From Escherichia coli (GTDB lineage Bacteria > Pseudomonadota > Gammaproteobacteria > Enterobacterales > Enterobacteriaceae): a DNA stretch of 64,000 bases. The notes below the pieces were generated by a model. It worked only from the letters and a program-made list of their open reading frames with translations, had not been told where the DNA came from and did not search any database. The DNA lies in assembly GCF_002854065.1 (NCBI RefSeq), contig NZ_CP024147.1. One strand, given 5' to 3'. Shown here in pieces: positions 33,943-48,026 of the stretch. Position 1 is the stretch's first letter, and every line of letters begins with the position of its first letter. The translations under genes were made by a program, and so were the position numbers.

Positions 33943-34712
33943 TTCTGAACAACTCGTGGGAAGATGAATTCTAATCTCTTAAATGCATACAACGAAATAG
34001 AAATCATAATTAAAGAAAGCAGAACTACATATGCGAGCAGCTTAATATTTGGTGCATTATGATACATCAATACATCACGGTACGAACTAAGAATTACTGC
34101 CATCGGGTTAATGAAGAAAATCTTCGATTCCATCGCCGGTATACTTTTGTAATTGAAAAATATACCTGAGCAAAACATCATAATTTGAAGGCCGGTTTCA
34201 ATTACAAATGAAAAATCTCTGACAAAGGGAACAATGATTGACACTATCAAAGAAAATGCAACTATTAATAATAGCTGAACAAAAATGACTGGAATAATCC
34301 AAAGCAAGCCAAGAGTATAATCATAGCCGTACAAGACTAAAAAAATAAATAGCAGAATAAATACAAGTATCTGCTTTAACGCATCCTGCAATATAAATGT
34401 CAAAGGGAAGAATATCTTAGAAATATGTACCTGATTCATTAGGTACTTTCCTTGAATGATACTCCCTTGCGCATGACTAACGCTGCGACCAAACCATATC
34501 CAGGGGATCAGTCCAGTTAACAGGAATGGGACGTAATCATGACCACCTTGCTTAAGAAGATATGCAAAAACCAAATAGTAAATTGCCATTTGAAGGACTG
34601 GTTCGATAATCCACCAAGCATAACTTAAATAGTTTATTGATGCTTCTGATTTTAGATTAAGCTTTGCTTTAACCCAAACCAATTCAAGGGTTTTTAACGA
34701 CATGATACTCAT
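33939..34712 (-). CDS. wzm: O-antigen ABC transporter permease
   Basis: 257-aa ABC-2 type membrane protein; coupled to wzt. Confidence 0.85.
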   Translation of the reverse strand: MSIMSLKTLELVWVKAKLNLKSEASINYLSYAWWIIEPVLQMAIYYLVFAYLLKQGGHDYVPFLLTGLIPWIWFGRSVSHAQGSIIQGKYLMNQVHISKIFFPLTFILQDALKQILVFILLFIFLVLYGYDYTLGLLWIIPVIFVQLLLIVAFSLIVSIIVPFVRDFSFVIETGLQIMMFCSGIFFNYKSIPAMESKIFFINPMAVILSSYRDVLMYHNAPNIKLLAYVVLLSLIMISISLYAFKRLEFIFPRVVQK

Positions 34713-34713
34713 G

Positions 34714-37650
<2,937 letters not shown>

Positions 37651-37654
<4 letters not shown>

Positions 37655-38520
37655 TCACCTTTTGCACGTGCTATAATGTATTGACCATAATCATTTTTCT
37701 TCATAGGTAGTGCATTTTTTATTGCTTCTTCTTTGCTTAACCAACCATTTCTTAATGCAATCTCTTCAAGACATGCAACCTTGAGGCCCTGAACATTCTG
37801 GATGGTTTGCACGAAGGATGACGCTTCATGCAAACTTTCGTGGGTCCCTGTATCCAACCAAGCAAAACCACGCCCCAGTAGCTCTACGTTAAGAGTACCT
37901 TCTTTGAGATACATGTCATTAAGATCAGTAATCTCCAGCTCCCCTCTCACTGAAGGTTTAACTTTTTTAGCGAAATCGATAACGCGATTATCATAGAAGT
38001 AAAGTCCAGTGACTGCATAATTTGATTTTGGTTTTGACGGTTTTTCTTCAATAGATACAGCCCGCATCTCGCTATCAAATTCAACTACACCGAAGCGTTC
38101 AGGGTCTTTCACTTGATAACCAAATACTGTTGCACCGTATTCTCTTGCAACAGCATTCTGCAGGATTTTGATAAATGATTGGCCATAAAAAATATTATCA
38201 CCCAGCACCAAACAAACTTTATCGTTTCCTATAAATTTCTCACCAATGAGGAATGCCTGCGCTAATCCATCAGGGCTGGGTTGCACGGCATAATTAAGCC
38301 GAATACCAAAATTACTGCCATCACCGAGTAACCGCTGGAAACTCGCATTATCTTCTTCAGTGGTTATTATTAATATATCTTGAATACCCGCTAGCATAAG
38401 TGTGGAAAGCGGGTAATAAATCATTGGTTTATCATAGATTGGTAATAGTTGTTTTGATACACCACGAGTTATTGGATACAATCTAGTGCCAGAGCCGCCT
38501 GCTAAAATAATACCTTTCAT
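37651..38520 (-). CDS. rmlA: Glucose-1-phosphate thymidylyltransferase
   Basis: 289 aa [18 protein letters not shown]... Confidence 0.95.
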
Positions 38521-38532
38521 CTTTTATCCTTA

Positions 38533-39621
38533 CTACTCTACGAGCCCTAAGCGTTCACCAGCGTACGAACCATCCATCACACGCTGCCACCATTCTTTAT
38601 TATTTAAATACCAGTGAATGGTTTTAGTGATACCCGTTTCAAACGTTTCTTGCGGCACCCAACCTAAATCTTGTTTAATTTTACTGGCGTCAATGGCATA
38701 TCTAAGGTCATGCCCTGGACGATCGCTAACATACCGAATCAACTGTTCAAAATTTTCAATGCCATCTGGTTTATCTGCAATCAATTCATCGAGAATGCGA
38801 CAAATAGTTTTCACTACATCGATATTTTTACGTTCGTTATGACCACCAATATTATATGTTTCTCCCGGCACACCCTTTGTGACGACTTCATAAAGTGCCC
38901 GGGCATGATCTTCAACATATAACCAATCTCGAATTTGCTCACCGTTCCCATAAACAGGTAAAAGTTTACCCGCAATTGCATTCAGAATAATTAACGGAAT
39001 GAGTTTTTCAGGGAAATGGTACGGCCCATAATTATTAGAACAATTTGTCACTATGGTGGGTAATCCATATGTACGCCGCCATGCACGAACTAAGTGATCA
39101 CTGGATGCCTTAGAGGCGGAATATGGACTGCTAGGGGAATATGAAGTTTGTTCTGTAAACAATGGCAATATTGTATCTGACGATACTTCATCCGGATGAG
39201 GAAGGTCACCATAAACCTCATCCGTAGAAATATGGTGGAAGCGAAATGCACCTTTGCGATCTTCACTAAGTGCTAGCCAATACTTACGAGCTTCTTCTAG
39301 TAAGATATATGTTCCAACAATATTGGTTTCAATAAAGTCTGCAGGGCCTGTGATTGAACGATCAACGTGGCTTTCGGCTGCCAAATGCATTATTGCATCT
39401 GGTTGGTGATGTGCAAAAATATTGGCTATTGCAACGCTGTCGCAAATATCCGCATGCTCAAATTTATACCGCTCGTTATTCTCAATCTCTGTCAGAGATT
39501 CCAAATTACCTGCATAGGTAAGTTTATCAACATTGATGACAGAGTCTTGCGTATTATTAATTATATGACGAACAACTGCAGACCCAATAAAACCTGCACC
39601 ACCTGTAACCAGTATTTTCAC
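38533..39621 (-). CDS. rmlB: dTDP-glucose 4,6-dehydratase
   Basis: 362 aa [21 protein letters not shown]... Confidence 0.95.
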   Translation of the reverse strand: MKILVTGGAGFIGSAVVRHIINNTQDSVINVDKLTYAGNLESLTEIENNERYKFEHADICDSVAIANIFAHHQPDAIMHLAAESHVDRSITGPADFIETNIVGTYILLEEARKYWLALSEDRKGAFRFHHISTDEVYGDLPHPDEVSSDTILPLFTEQTSYSPSSPYSASKASSDHLVRAWRRTYGLPTIVTNCSNNYGPYHFPEKLIPLIILNAIAGKLLPVYGNGEQIRDWLYVEDHARALYEVVTKGVPGETYNIGGHNERKNIDVVKTICRILDELIADKPDGIENFEQLIRYVSDRPGHDLRYAIDASKIKQDLGWVPQETFETGITKTIHWYLNNKEWWQRVMDGSYAGERLGLVE

Positions 39622-39715
39622 TTTGAATTTCCGCTATGACTTATAACTTATGGCTTGATAATATGAATGTTTGTTAAGAACAATCTGAATATTAAAAAAG
39701 ACACTTATGATTAGA

Positions 39716-39754
39716 CACGCTACCGCCCCTGGCTCTCCAGCTACCAGCGCACTG
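39716..39754 (-). promoter_or_regulatory. JUMPstart element with ops site (GGCGGTAGCGT at 39717-39727), RfaH-dependent antitermination
   Basis: Minus-strand sequence CAGTGCGCTGGTAGCTGGAGAGCCAGGGGCGGTAGCGTG matches the 39-bp JUMPstart consensus; ~95 bp upstream of rmlB. Confidence 0.75.
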
Positions 39755-40044
39755 CACCTTCAATGATAAAAATCATTTATGTCAAGGTAAAAATCCGCAA
39801 CGACTCCCACCTGCAAACCCAAAAAATTTCGGCAACTATTTTCGTCTTAAATGCATTTGAACTCAAGGAAAAATCTTATAAACGATATGCAACGCCTACA
39901 TTTCTAACCTATTGTTATTTTTTACTTTGTTTTATGAAATAAAAAGGCAGTGAAGCTAGTAGTAGGTTACCCTACATACTTATGCCCATCTGCCGTTCTA
40001 AAACGCCGTTCTTAAATTTGCTTTATCGTTTACTGAGAAACGAC

Positions 40045-40935
40045 TTAAGATAACAACTTTTCAATACTTTTCCTGATCTTAGCCCCTTCCTTCAGGTTGC
40101 GCAACCCATACTGCACAAACGCCTGCATATACCCCATCTTCTTCCCGCAGTCGTAGCTCTCACCCGTCATCAGCATCGCGTCAACAGACTGCTTATTCGC
40201 CAGTTCGGCGATCGCATCCGTCAGTTGAATTCGGCCCCACGCCCCCGGCACGGTCTTCGCCAGTTCAGGCCAGATATCAGCGGAAAGTACATAGCGGCCT
40301 ACGGCCATCAGATCGGATTCCAGCGTCTGCGGCTGGTCAGGTTTTTCGATAAAATCAACGATACGGCTAACTTTACCTTCGACATCCAGCGGCTCTTTCG
40401 TTTTGATGACGGAGTATTCAGACAGGTCGCCCGGCATACGTTTCGCCAGCACCTGGCTACGCCCGGTTTCGTTGAAACGCGCCACCATGGCGGCAAGGTT
40501 GTAGCGCAGCGGGTCGGCGCTTGCGTTGTCCAGCACGATATCCGGCAACACAACCACAAACGGGTTATCGCCGACAATCGGATGTGCGCACAGGATAGAG
40601 TGTCCCAGGCCCAACGGCTGCGCCTGGCGAACGTTCATGATGGTCACGCCAGGAGGACAGATAGATTGAACTTCAGCCAGCAGCTGACGCTTCACGCGCT
40701 GCTCAAGCAGTGCTTCCAGTTCATACGAGGTATCGAAGTGGTTTTCCACCGAGTTTTTCGATGCGTGTGTGACCAGAACGATTTCTTTGATCCCTGCAGC
40801 AACCACTTCGTCGACGATGTACTGAATCATCGGCTTGTCAACGATCGGCAGCATCTCTTTAGGGATGGCCTTCGTGGCAGGTAGCATGTTCATACCCAAT
40901 CCCGCTACCGGAATGACTGCTTTCAAATTAACCAT
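40045..40935 (-). CDS. galF: UTP-glucose-1-phosphate uridylyltransferase subunit GalF
   Basis: Start chosen at [14 protein letters not shown] (AGGTGG RBS), matching E. coli GalF; the ORF-track GTG at 40947 is rejected. Confidence 0.9.
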   Translation of the reverse strand: MVNLKAVIPVAGLGMNMLPATKAIPKEMLPIVDKPMIQYIVDEVVAAGIKEIVLVTHASKNSVENHFDTSYELEALLEQRVKRQLLAEVQSICPPGVTIMNVRQAQPLGLGHSILCAHPIVGDNPFVVVLPDIVLDNASADPLRYNLAAMVARFNETGRSQVLAKRMPGDLSEYSVIKTKEPLDVEGKVSRIVDFIEKPDQPQTLESDLMAVGRYVLSADIWPELAKTVPGAWGRIQLTDAIAELANKQSVDAMLMTGESYDCGKKMGYMQAFVQYGLRNLKEGAKIRKSIEKLLS

Positions 40936-41069
40936 TATCTTGTCCACCTATATATCGGTTGATGAATTATAGCGATTAAACATGTTTAATCCACTCTGTT
41001 TTGTCATAGTACTGATTTGAGTCAGGATGATCCCTGGATGTAATCCGATAATTCAGTGGATTGCCGTGC

Positions 41070-42467
41070 TCAGCGGCGCGGCAGCGCAAAATTGAGGCGT
41101 TCTGTGTTGACAACATGCTGATCGACCCGATCAATATCCACCGCCGCCTGCCCTTTCTCATTCACCGCCCTCACGTTCGCCAGCGACAGCAGCGTATCCT
41201 GCTTCGCCATAAACTTCCCACGCACATCCTTGCGTAAATCGAAGTTCAGCTTCAGCGCAGGCCCACGAAAGGAGAGCTGCATCACGTTGATGTTCCTCAA
41301 AAAAATGTGTTGCGGTTTGTTATGAATCTCCAGCGAAGCGTGCTTCATGGACAGGTTGGTGATAGAGACAAACGAGGGGTTGTTACCCGAGGAAATTTGA
41401 ATACCGCGGACCGTATAGGCCAAAGCACTGTTGTCCATCTGTATATTATTCAGGCGGAAGTTTTGCGGTATCGACAAATAATTACCTTTGATAACACCGT
41501 AGCCAATCAGCATTCCCGCGCTATTAACCATATCGACACCATCAATAACGAAATTATCACAGCCGTAGATCGCCACCGTGGCGTTATCTATTCCCGCCTG
41601 CTTGCTGAATTCCGGCGTGATATTGCTGGCTTTCACATTACGTATAATAAAGTGTTTGCCGTTTTCCACGTGCACCAGCTGGCGGCAGTTGCTGCCGGTG
41701 ATGTTGGCGACGACAAAGTTTTTCACCGCCTGCTCTTCCGGGTAGCCATTATCGTAGGTGCTGCCGGCCAGGCCGATCCCGATGCCCCAGTTGACCTTAC
41801 CGTTGGTGCAGTCGATATGGTCGATGACGTGGTCGGAGATAAGGATATTGCGGTCGTTAATCGCCACGTTCCACTCAATGGCGTCGCCCTGCAGATAGCT
41901 GAAGTGGCAGTGGGTGATGTTCACATCAAGCCACTGATTATGGTAGCCCTGACGCAGAATACCGTAATTGGCTTTGGTGATGGTCAGGCGGGTAATGGTC
42001 AGGTTACGCAGCGTACGCTTGTCTTTCCCGCCGATGAAAATCTGCACCACTGGGCCGTAGCCGCTCATCGTCAATCCGGCAATCGTACAATCACTACCAC
42101 GGACGTCCAGCGTAATGTTGTAGAGGCTGGCTTCACCGCTGCCGATCACCTGGCAGCCCTTTTGCAGGATAAAGCGCCCGCGCCCGTTGCCTTTCAGGGC
42201 ACCGGCAACCGCCAGCGTTTTCCCCGGCGGCAGCGTAATCGCCGTATTGATATTGTCGCAAACCACACTCGCTGGCACGTTGACGGTGTCGGCCTGCGCG
42301 AAGGCCTCATTGAACGCGCGGATCCAGTCGCCATTGTGCACGTAGTCACGTATGTCCACTGCCGAGCGCTTCTCAGCAGCACGCGCGGCGGTTGCTGAAA
42401 GTACCGGTAAGGCCGCGGCAAGCGTTGCCCCGGCGATAAGGAAGTAACGTCGGGTTAAGGTGTGCAT
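41070..42467 (-). CDS. wcaM: Colanic acid biosynthesis protein WcaM
   Basis: 465 aa; Tat-like signal [16 protein letters not shown]; conserved position next to galF. Confidence 0.85.
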   Translation of the reverse strand: MHTLTRRYFLIAGATLAAALPVLSATAARAAEKRSAVDIRDYVHNGDWIRAFNEAFAQADTVNVPASVVCDNINTAITLPPGKTLAVAGALKGNGRGRFILQKGCQVIGSGEASLYNITLDVRGSDCTIAGLTMSGYGPVVQIFIGGKDKRTLRNLTITRLTITKANYGILRQGYHNQWLDVNITHCHFSYLQGDAIEWNVAINDRNILISDHVIDHIDCTNGKVNWGIGIGLAGSTYDNGYPEEQAVKNFVVANITGSNCRQLVHVENGKHFIIRNVKASNITPEFSKQAGIDNATVAIYGCDNFVIDGVDMVNSAGMLIGYGVIKGNYLSIPQNFRLNNIQMDNSALAYTVRGIQISSGNNPSFVSITNLSMKHASLEIHNKPQHIFLRNINVMQLSFRGPALKLNFDLRKDVRGKFMAKQDTLLSLANVRAVNEKGQAAVDIDRVDQHVVNTERLNFALPRR

Positions 42468-42476
42468 AGCGCCTCC

Positions 42477-43700
42477 TTAGCAAAGCGTCTGCAGCAGGCT
42501 GGCAAGCTGCCGGTTAATCACCTGCTGATTAAAATCGGTTTCGACTTTCTCACGTGCGCGCGCCAGCACCGGCTGCAGGCTGTGCGCATCCATCCGGCCA
42601 AGTGATTGCAGTTTGTCTGCCAGCGCCGTGGCGTCGTACTCCTCCACCAGCCAGCCGGAATGACCGGAGTCAATCAGTTCCGGGATGCCGCTGTGGACCG
42701 TCGACAGCACCGGGATCCCCACCGCCATCGCCTCCATGAGCGCCACCGGAATACCTTCCATATCGCCATCGGCCCCCGTTACCGAGGGCAGCAGGAAGAC
42801 GTCAGCTTCATCAAGCAGCATTTTCACTTCATGGCTGGGCTTAAAACCCGGCATTTCTACGTGATCTTCCAGCTGATACTGTTCAATCAGGGTGCGCAGA
42901 CGGCGCTCCCACGGCCCGATGCCGAGGATGCGATAGCGAAAGTTGACGCCACGCTCTTTCAGCTGGCGGCAGGCTTCAATCGCCACATGCAGCCCCTTTT
43001 TCTCGGTCAGACGCGCAACGGAGAGTATCTGCAAGCAGCCATCGGGCGCTTTTAGCGGGCGCAGCGAGAAGCGGTCCATGTTTACGCCCATTCTTGATAC
43101 GGTAATTTTATCCGTCGGGCAGCCCATCGCCTGCAGCCGGTCTGCCCACAGTTGGCTGATGGGCAACATCATGTCGCCGCGGCGGAACAGCTGCTGATAT
43201 TCGCTGGTGTAGTGGTTCAACACTCCGCGGCTTGAGATATCAATACCGTGAAAGACGGTGGCTATCTTCCCGTCGATCACCCCCAGTTCGCGCAGCTTGG
43301 CGGCGGTCACTCCTGCCGGGCCAAAGTGGGCGATGTAAACATCGGCGACAATCGGCGCGGGAGTGCGGCTACAGATAGAAGAGAGGATCAGATTGCGCGC
43401 CTCCTGCCCGTAGCGCCGCGCGTTTAACGCCCGCCAGACGGCGGGACGGTGTAAACCGCGCAACGTGCTGAACGCGCGATAGCGTAGCTTCTCCAGCGCC
43501 GTTGACGGCTCATCCTGTAACCAGCGAACTTTGTCCGCCAGTTGATACTGGGTATAAGCCGCATGAGTATTGGTCAGGTCGCCCTTTTGTAGGGCGACAA
43601 TCTCCACCTCATAACCCATCTCGATGAACGCCACGATCTGGTTTAAGACAAACGTCTCAGACGATAAAGGAAATTTCAGCAGGAAGAAGCTGACTTTCAT
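42477..43700 (-). CDS. wcaL: Colanic acid glycosyltransferase WcaL
   Basis: 407 aa GT1; synteny. Confidence 0.85.
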   Translation of the reverse strand: MKVSFFLLKFPLSSETFVLNQIVAFIEMGYEVEIVALQKGDLTNTHAAYTQYQLADKVRWLQDEPSTALEKLRYRAFSTLRGLHRPAVWRALNARRYGQEARNLILSSICSRTPAPIVADVYIAHFGPAGVTAAKLRELGVIDGKIATVFHGIDISSRGVLNHYTSEYQQLFRRGDMMLPISQLWADRLQAMGCPTDKITVSRMGVNMDRFSLRPLKAPDGCLQILSVARLTEKKGLHVAIEACRQLKERGVNFRYRILGIGPWERRLRTLIEQYQLEDHVEMPGFKPSHEVKMLLDEADVFLLPSVTGADGDMEGIPVALMEAMAVGIPVLSTVHSGIPELIDSGHSGWLVEEYDATALADKLQSLGRMDAHSLQPVLARAREKVETDFNQQVINRQLASLLQTLC

Positions 43701-44977
43701 CGGCCCTCCCGGATGCGGTTCAGCACCGATTCAATCATGGTGAAGCCCTTCTGGCGTTCCCCCTCCACCGCCGCGGCGACTTTCTCGCCCAGCGCCGGAA
43801 GCTGGTTGAGAATATCGCCCACCACGCCTTGCATCGAGCCGTCGAGCAGGTGACGAATGTCGATGGCCATCTCAGGCATACCCAGCTGCTGCATAATGCC
43901 CGCTGATTTGTGCTCGTAGTTAATGGCAATCGCCGGCGTGCCGAAGTTCATCGAGATGATCGCCGAGTGCAGGCGGGTACCAATGGTCAGTTCGCAGGAG
44001 GCAAGAATTTTGCCAATCTCCACGTCATTAAGTTCGTCCATGGCGATGTGGAAATGCTCGCGGTTTTTGACGTACTGCGCCATGCGCAGCGCGACCATGC
44101 GGTCATCGCGGTTGTAGCGGTCGATACTGGTGCAAGTAGAAAGCGCCAGCACCTGATAACCGTCGTCAATCATACGGTTCACCACCTCGGCAAACGCTTT
44201 TTCATAGGCCTGCTGGGTTGTACCCAGACGCTTATCAAACGGCTCCAGCTCGCGCAGAGTAATCGCCACGGTTTTACGCTGTGCGGTCAGGTTCAGCCAG
44301 TGCTGTACCGCGTAGCTCGGTTCGAAACTGTCGTTACGATGCTCAACCAGCCAGGCGGTGTCCACGCCCTGCTCCACCTTACCGGTGTCGATATTCGCCT
44401 TCGCCATCAGCTCACGGCTGACGGTTTCACGCAGAATCAACGCGTTAGTGCGGCCAAAGACGTAGTTCGCCAGCTCGTTGAAGTCCGGGTTCTGGAACGG
44501 GCCAACGCTGTGGCCAATCATGTAGATAGGCTTGTTGGCCATAAAGGCGCACAGCGGGTACTCAAAGTGAGTCAAGCCGTAGAGATCGACGTAGTTCGAC
44601 CCACCTACCTGAATAATCGCGTCATAGTTGCCAAGGAAGCGCACAAACTCATGAAACTCTGGCGCAATTTCAAAGTTGCGCAGTTTGCCTTCGCCGGTCA
44701 CCTTGGCCAGCAGGATCTTGTGCTGGAAGCGGCGACGCAGCACTTTCTTCACGCGCCCGCTCACCCCTGCAGCCGCCTGCTGTTTCTGGCTCAGCTGATA
44801 CAGCGGATCGGCAATAATCTCACGCCCCTGCAACCAGGAGGAACTGATCGGGAAACGGCTCATTACGTCCATTTCAACGTCCGGCTGCTGGCGAAGAATC
44901 GCATCGAGCAGGCCGCGCATAATCGCGCTGTCGCCGCGGTTGCCGCAGGTGTGGTTTCCCAAAATTAGTAATTTCAT
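43697..44977 (-). CDS. wcaK: Colanic acid pyruvyl transferase WcaK
   Basis: Start at MKLLILGNHTCGNRGDSAI; synteny. Confidence 0.85.
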   Translation of the reverse strand: MKLLILGNHTCGNRGDSAIMRGLLDAILRQQPDVEMDVMSRFPISSSWLQGREIIADPLYQLSQKQQAAAGVSGRVKKVLRRRFQHKILLAKVTGEGKLRNFEIAPEFHEFVRFLGNYDAIIQVGGSNYVDLYGLTHFEYPLCAFMANKPIYMIGHSVGPFQNPDFNELANYVFGRTNALILRETVSRELMAKANIDTGKVEQGVDTAWLVEHRNDSFEPSYAVQHWLNLTAQRKTVAITLRELEPFDKRLGTTQQAYEKAFAEVVNRMIDDGYQVLALSTCTSIDRYNRDDRMVALRMAQYVKNREHFHIAMDELNDVEIGKILASCELTIGTRLHSAIISMNFGTPAIAINYEHKSAGIMQQLGMPEMAIDIRHLLDGSMQGVVGDILNQLPALGEKVAAAVEGERQKGFTMIESVLNRIREGR

Positions 44978-45008
44978 CATGGCCTCATCAAAAAGGGGTT
45001 CAAGCAAA

Positions 45009-46490
45009 TCAATCAGGAACGCGTAATAACGTTTTCAGTTTTCCGCTCCGACAGAGCGGTTTTTTTAGTTCAAGCAACAGGCTGTGGCGTGACAGCATGA
45101 TCACCAGCGCAAAGCTGACTACCCCCGCCAGCACCTGCATCGCCAGCAGCGCCGAGAGCGAAACGCTGCCTTCCAGCAGTCGCCCCACCGCGTAGCTTGA
45201 AATCAACGTCGGCAGAGAGAGACGGAACGGCAGCCACAGGCTCAGCAGGTAATCGCGGTAGCCCGGCCCCAGCACCGGTTTGATCATCACGAAATAGCTG
45301 AGGATGGTGTTGATGATTTGCACCAGCAGGAAGCCCAGCGTGACGCCAATCGCGCCGCCGAGCTGCCCGCCGATAATCACCGCAGGAATAAACAGGAAGG
45401 TCTTAAAGACGTTGAATTTAAAGCTGATATCCACTCGCGCTTTAGCCATCAGCAGCGAACCGATTGGGTTGCCCACCGAGCGCAGCAGCCCCACCACGCA
45501 CAGCAACTGGAGGATTGGCACGATGTGCAGCCATTTGTCGCCGAACACCAGCGGCACAAAGTTATTGCTCACCACCATCAGCCCCAACAGCGCCGGGAAA
45601 TTGATGATCCCCACCACCGACAGCAGCTTGTAGAAGTTCACTCGCAGCTTGTCGGTGTCGTCCTGAATCTTGGCGAACGCCGGGAACAGCACGCGGGTGA
45701 TGATTGGGTTAAGCTTCATCGGCGGCACCACCGCCACGTTGTAGGCGAGGTTATAGCCCCCGGCCACGCTGGCGCCGAGGATGCGCGCGAGCGTCAGCGT
45801 CGACAGGTTAGTGTTGATGTAGTTAACAATACTGTCCGCCGTCAGCCACGCGCCGAAGCGCAGGTTCGGCATGACCGTGGTCAGCGAAAAATGCAGACCT
45901 GGACGGTAAATCTTGCGGCCAAAATAGCCGAACAGCAGCGTACGCACGGCGCTGTTGACCAGATAACCCAAAATTGCGGTCATCGCCAGCGGCCAGAAGC
46001 AGGCGCTAATCACCGTAAAGGTAAAGCCCGACAGCACCGCTGCGGTCTCAATGGAGCCGATTTTGTTAAACTCCAGCTCTTTTTGCATCAGCGCACGAAA
46101 TTGCTGGCCGTGGGGGATCACCACGAAGGCCAGCGACAGCGTTTTGATCAACGGCGCGAGATCCGGGTTGTGCAGCAACCGCGCAATGGTATCGCTCAGC
46201 AGATACACCGCGGCAAACACCGCAATCCCCAGCCCGACGTTCAGCCAGTAGAGCGTGGTCAGCTCAATCTGGCTGATGGCTTTACGCTGAATAATCGAGT
46301 TGGCGATACCAAAATCCGACAGCGTGTCCGCCAGCGCGATAATCACCAGCGACACGGTGAGCAGACCAAACTGATGGCCGTCAAACAGCCGCGCCAGCAC
46401 GGTCATCTGCGCCAGCCCCAGGCCAATAATCACCACCGTCGCCATCGCCGACCATTTCGCGCCATTGATGGTTTTTTCTCTCAGGCCCAT
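45009..46490 (-). CDS. wzxC: Colanic acid repeat-unit flippase
   Basis: 493-aa polytopic membrane protein colinear with E. coli WzxC. Confidence 0.9.
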   Translation of the reverse strand: MGLREKTINGAKWSAMATVVIIGLGLAQMTVLARLFDGHQFGLLTVSLVIIALADTLSDFGIANSIIQRKAISQIELTTLYWLNVGLGIAVFAAVYLLSDTIARLLHNPDLAPLIKTLSLAFVVIPHGQQFRALMQKELEFNKIGSIETAAVLSGFTFTVISACFWPLAMTAILGYLVNSAVRTLLFGYFGRKIYRPGLHFSLTTVMPNLRFGAWLTADSIVNYINTNLSTLTLARILGASVAGGYNLAYNVAVVPPMKLNPIITRVLFPAFAKIQDDTDKLRVNFYKLLSVVGIINFPALLGLMVVSNNFVPLVFGDKWLHIVPILQLLCVVGLLRSVGNPIGSLLMAKARVDISFKFNVFKTFLFIPAVIIGGQLGGAIGVTLGFLLVQIINTILSYFVMIKPVLGPGYRDYLLSLWLPFRLSLPTLISSYAVGRLLEGSVSLSALLAMQVLAGVVSFALVIMLSRHSLLLELKKPLCRSGKLKTLLRVPD

Positions 46491-46499
46491 GTCACTTCC

Positions 46500-47894
46500 T
46501 CAGTAGGCTGCTTTGTTGACAAAGCCTTTGAATACCGTCAGGAAGACGATCTTGATATCGAGCCACAGGCTCCACTCGCGGATGTATTCGAGATCGAACT
46601 CCACCCGTTTTTCCATCTTCTCGAGGGTATCGGTTTCACCGCGCCAGCCGTTGATCTGCGCCCAGCCGGTAATACCAGGCTTCACTTTGTGGCGCAGCAT
46701 GTAGCCTTCAATCAGTTGACGGTACTGTTCGTTGTGCGCCACCGCGTGCGGACGCGGGCCGACGATAGACATGCCGCCGGTGAGCACGTTGATAAACTGC
46801 GGCAATTCATCCAGCGAGGTGCGGCGCAGGAAGTTGCCGACACGGGTCACACGCGGGTCGTTTTGCGTCGCCTGTTTCACCACCTTGTCGTTCTCCATGA
46901 CCTTCATCGAGCGGAATTTCCACACTTTGATCGGCTTACCATCCATACCGTAGCGGGTCTGGCGGAAGATGATGGGGCCCGGCGAACTCAGCTTCACCGC
47001 CAGCGCGATACAGCACAGCGCAGGCGAAATCAGCAGCAGAATGCCCAGCGCCAACACGATATCCTCCAGCCGTTTGATAATACGATTCACCCCGGAGAGC
47101 GGCGTGTCGTACAGCGGCACCAGCGGAATACCGTTCACCACCTCTACGCGTGAATGCAGGATGTTGAAGGTGAAAACATCCGGGATCAGCAGCACCGAGC
47201 AGGTGGTGTCGGCGAGAGAACGGACCACCTCTTTAATCTGGCTCTCTTCCTGCATCGCCATCGAGATGTAGACGTTGTGGATTTTGCCGCTGCGGGCATC
47301 GTCGAGTAGTTGTTCAAGATTGCCCATCCAGTCGGCGTTAACGCCGCCTGGTTTAGCATCGTAATAGCTGCCGACCACTTCATAGCCCAGCCACGGCTGG
47401 TTGCGGAAGCTTTCGAGCAGCGCCTGCCCTTCCGGCATGTCCCCGGCGACGGCCACATAGCGGGTGTTATAGCCGCGATGGCGCAGCATGCCAGCGCCGT
47501 AGCGAATGAACGCGCGGCTCGCCAGCATGCCGATGGTGCTAATCAGATACCACGCCAGCCACATGGTAAAGTTGGTATTAAAATCATCGTTAAACGCCAG
47601 CAGTCCGGCGGCAAACACCAGGCTCAGCGTCCAGTTCTGCAACAGCAGCAGCAATTCGGTGGTGATACGCACGCCGCGCCAGGAGCGGTAGAAATCGGTA
47701 ATCCCGCCAATCATCTGGAAAACGACCAGCGTCACCAGCGCCATCAACAGATGGAGATATAAAAACGGCAACGCAACCGCCTGACACACCAGCCACAATC
47801 CCCCCAACATGATGGTGATGTCGGAAAAACGCTGCACCATGGAGATTAACGATGCATTCGTTTTAGCTCGTTCGCGCTTTTTTAGAGTCGTCAT
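46500..47894 (-). CDS. wcaJ: Undecaprenyl-phosphate glucose phosphotransferase WcaJ
   Basis: Start at MTTLKKRERAKTN (464 aa); the 43-codon 5' extension in the ORF track is read-through of an intergenic repeat. Confidence 0.9.
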   Translation of the reverse strand: MTTLKKRERAKTNASLISMVQRFSDITIMLGGLWLVCQAVALPFLYLHLLMALVTLVVFQMIGGITDFYRSWRGVRITTELLLLLQNWTLSLVFAAGLLAFNDDFNTNFTMWLAWYLISTIGMLASRAFIRYGAGMLRHRGYNTRYVAVAGDMPEGQALLESFRNQPWLGYEVVGSYYDAKPGGVNADWMGNLEQLLDDARSGKIHNVYISMAMQEESQIKEVVRSLADTTCSVLLIPDVFTFNILHSRVEVVNGIPLVPLYDTPLSGVNRIIKRLEDIVLALGILLLISPALCCIALAVKLSSPGPIIFRQTRYGMDGKPIKVWKFRSMKVMENDKVVKQATQNDPRVTRVGNFLRRTSLDELPQFINVLTGGMSIVGPRPHAVAHNEQYRQLIEGYMLRHKVKPGITGWAQINGWRGETDTLEKMEKRVEFDLEYIREWSLWLDIKIVFLTVFKGFVNKAAY

Positions 47895-47916
47895 CGTTGG
47901 TCCTATTCGTCGTTTC

Positions 47917-48020
47917 CCTTCACCCCGCCTCTCTCCCCAAAGGGGCGAGGGAGAAAAACCAATCCGCAGCCTGCACGTTCGGTTCCCTCTCCTCTCTGGG
48001 GAGAGGGTTAGGGTGAGGGG
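47917..48020. repeat. Intergenic GGGGAGAGGG-type palindromic repeat (REP-like), copy A
   Basis: CACCCCGCCTCTCTCCCCAAAGGGGCGAGGGAG...CCCTCTCCTCTCTGGGGAGAGGGTTAGGGTGAGGGG; inverted near-copy at 59855-59946. Confidence 0.7.
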
Positions 48021-48026
48021 CAATAA

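Noticed and set aside
43910-44968. 352-aa ORF antisense to wcaK; similar long antisense ORFs at 41307-42398, 21858-23033, 59193-60218, 60687-61499, 48252-49226
   Set aside because: All lie wholly inside well-supported genes on the opposite strand and have no recognisable motifs; spurious.
45318-47153. 611-aa plus-strand ORF antisense to wzxC/wcaJ
   Set aside because: His/Arg/Gln-rich low-complexity translation with no start context; typical stop-free antisense frame of a GC-rich gene.
46500-48023. 507-aa version of wcaJ with N-terminal MPLTLTLSPERRGNRTCRLRIGFSPSPLWGERRGEG
   Set aside because: The extension is translation of the intergenic palindromic repeat; start set at MTTLKK (47894).
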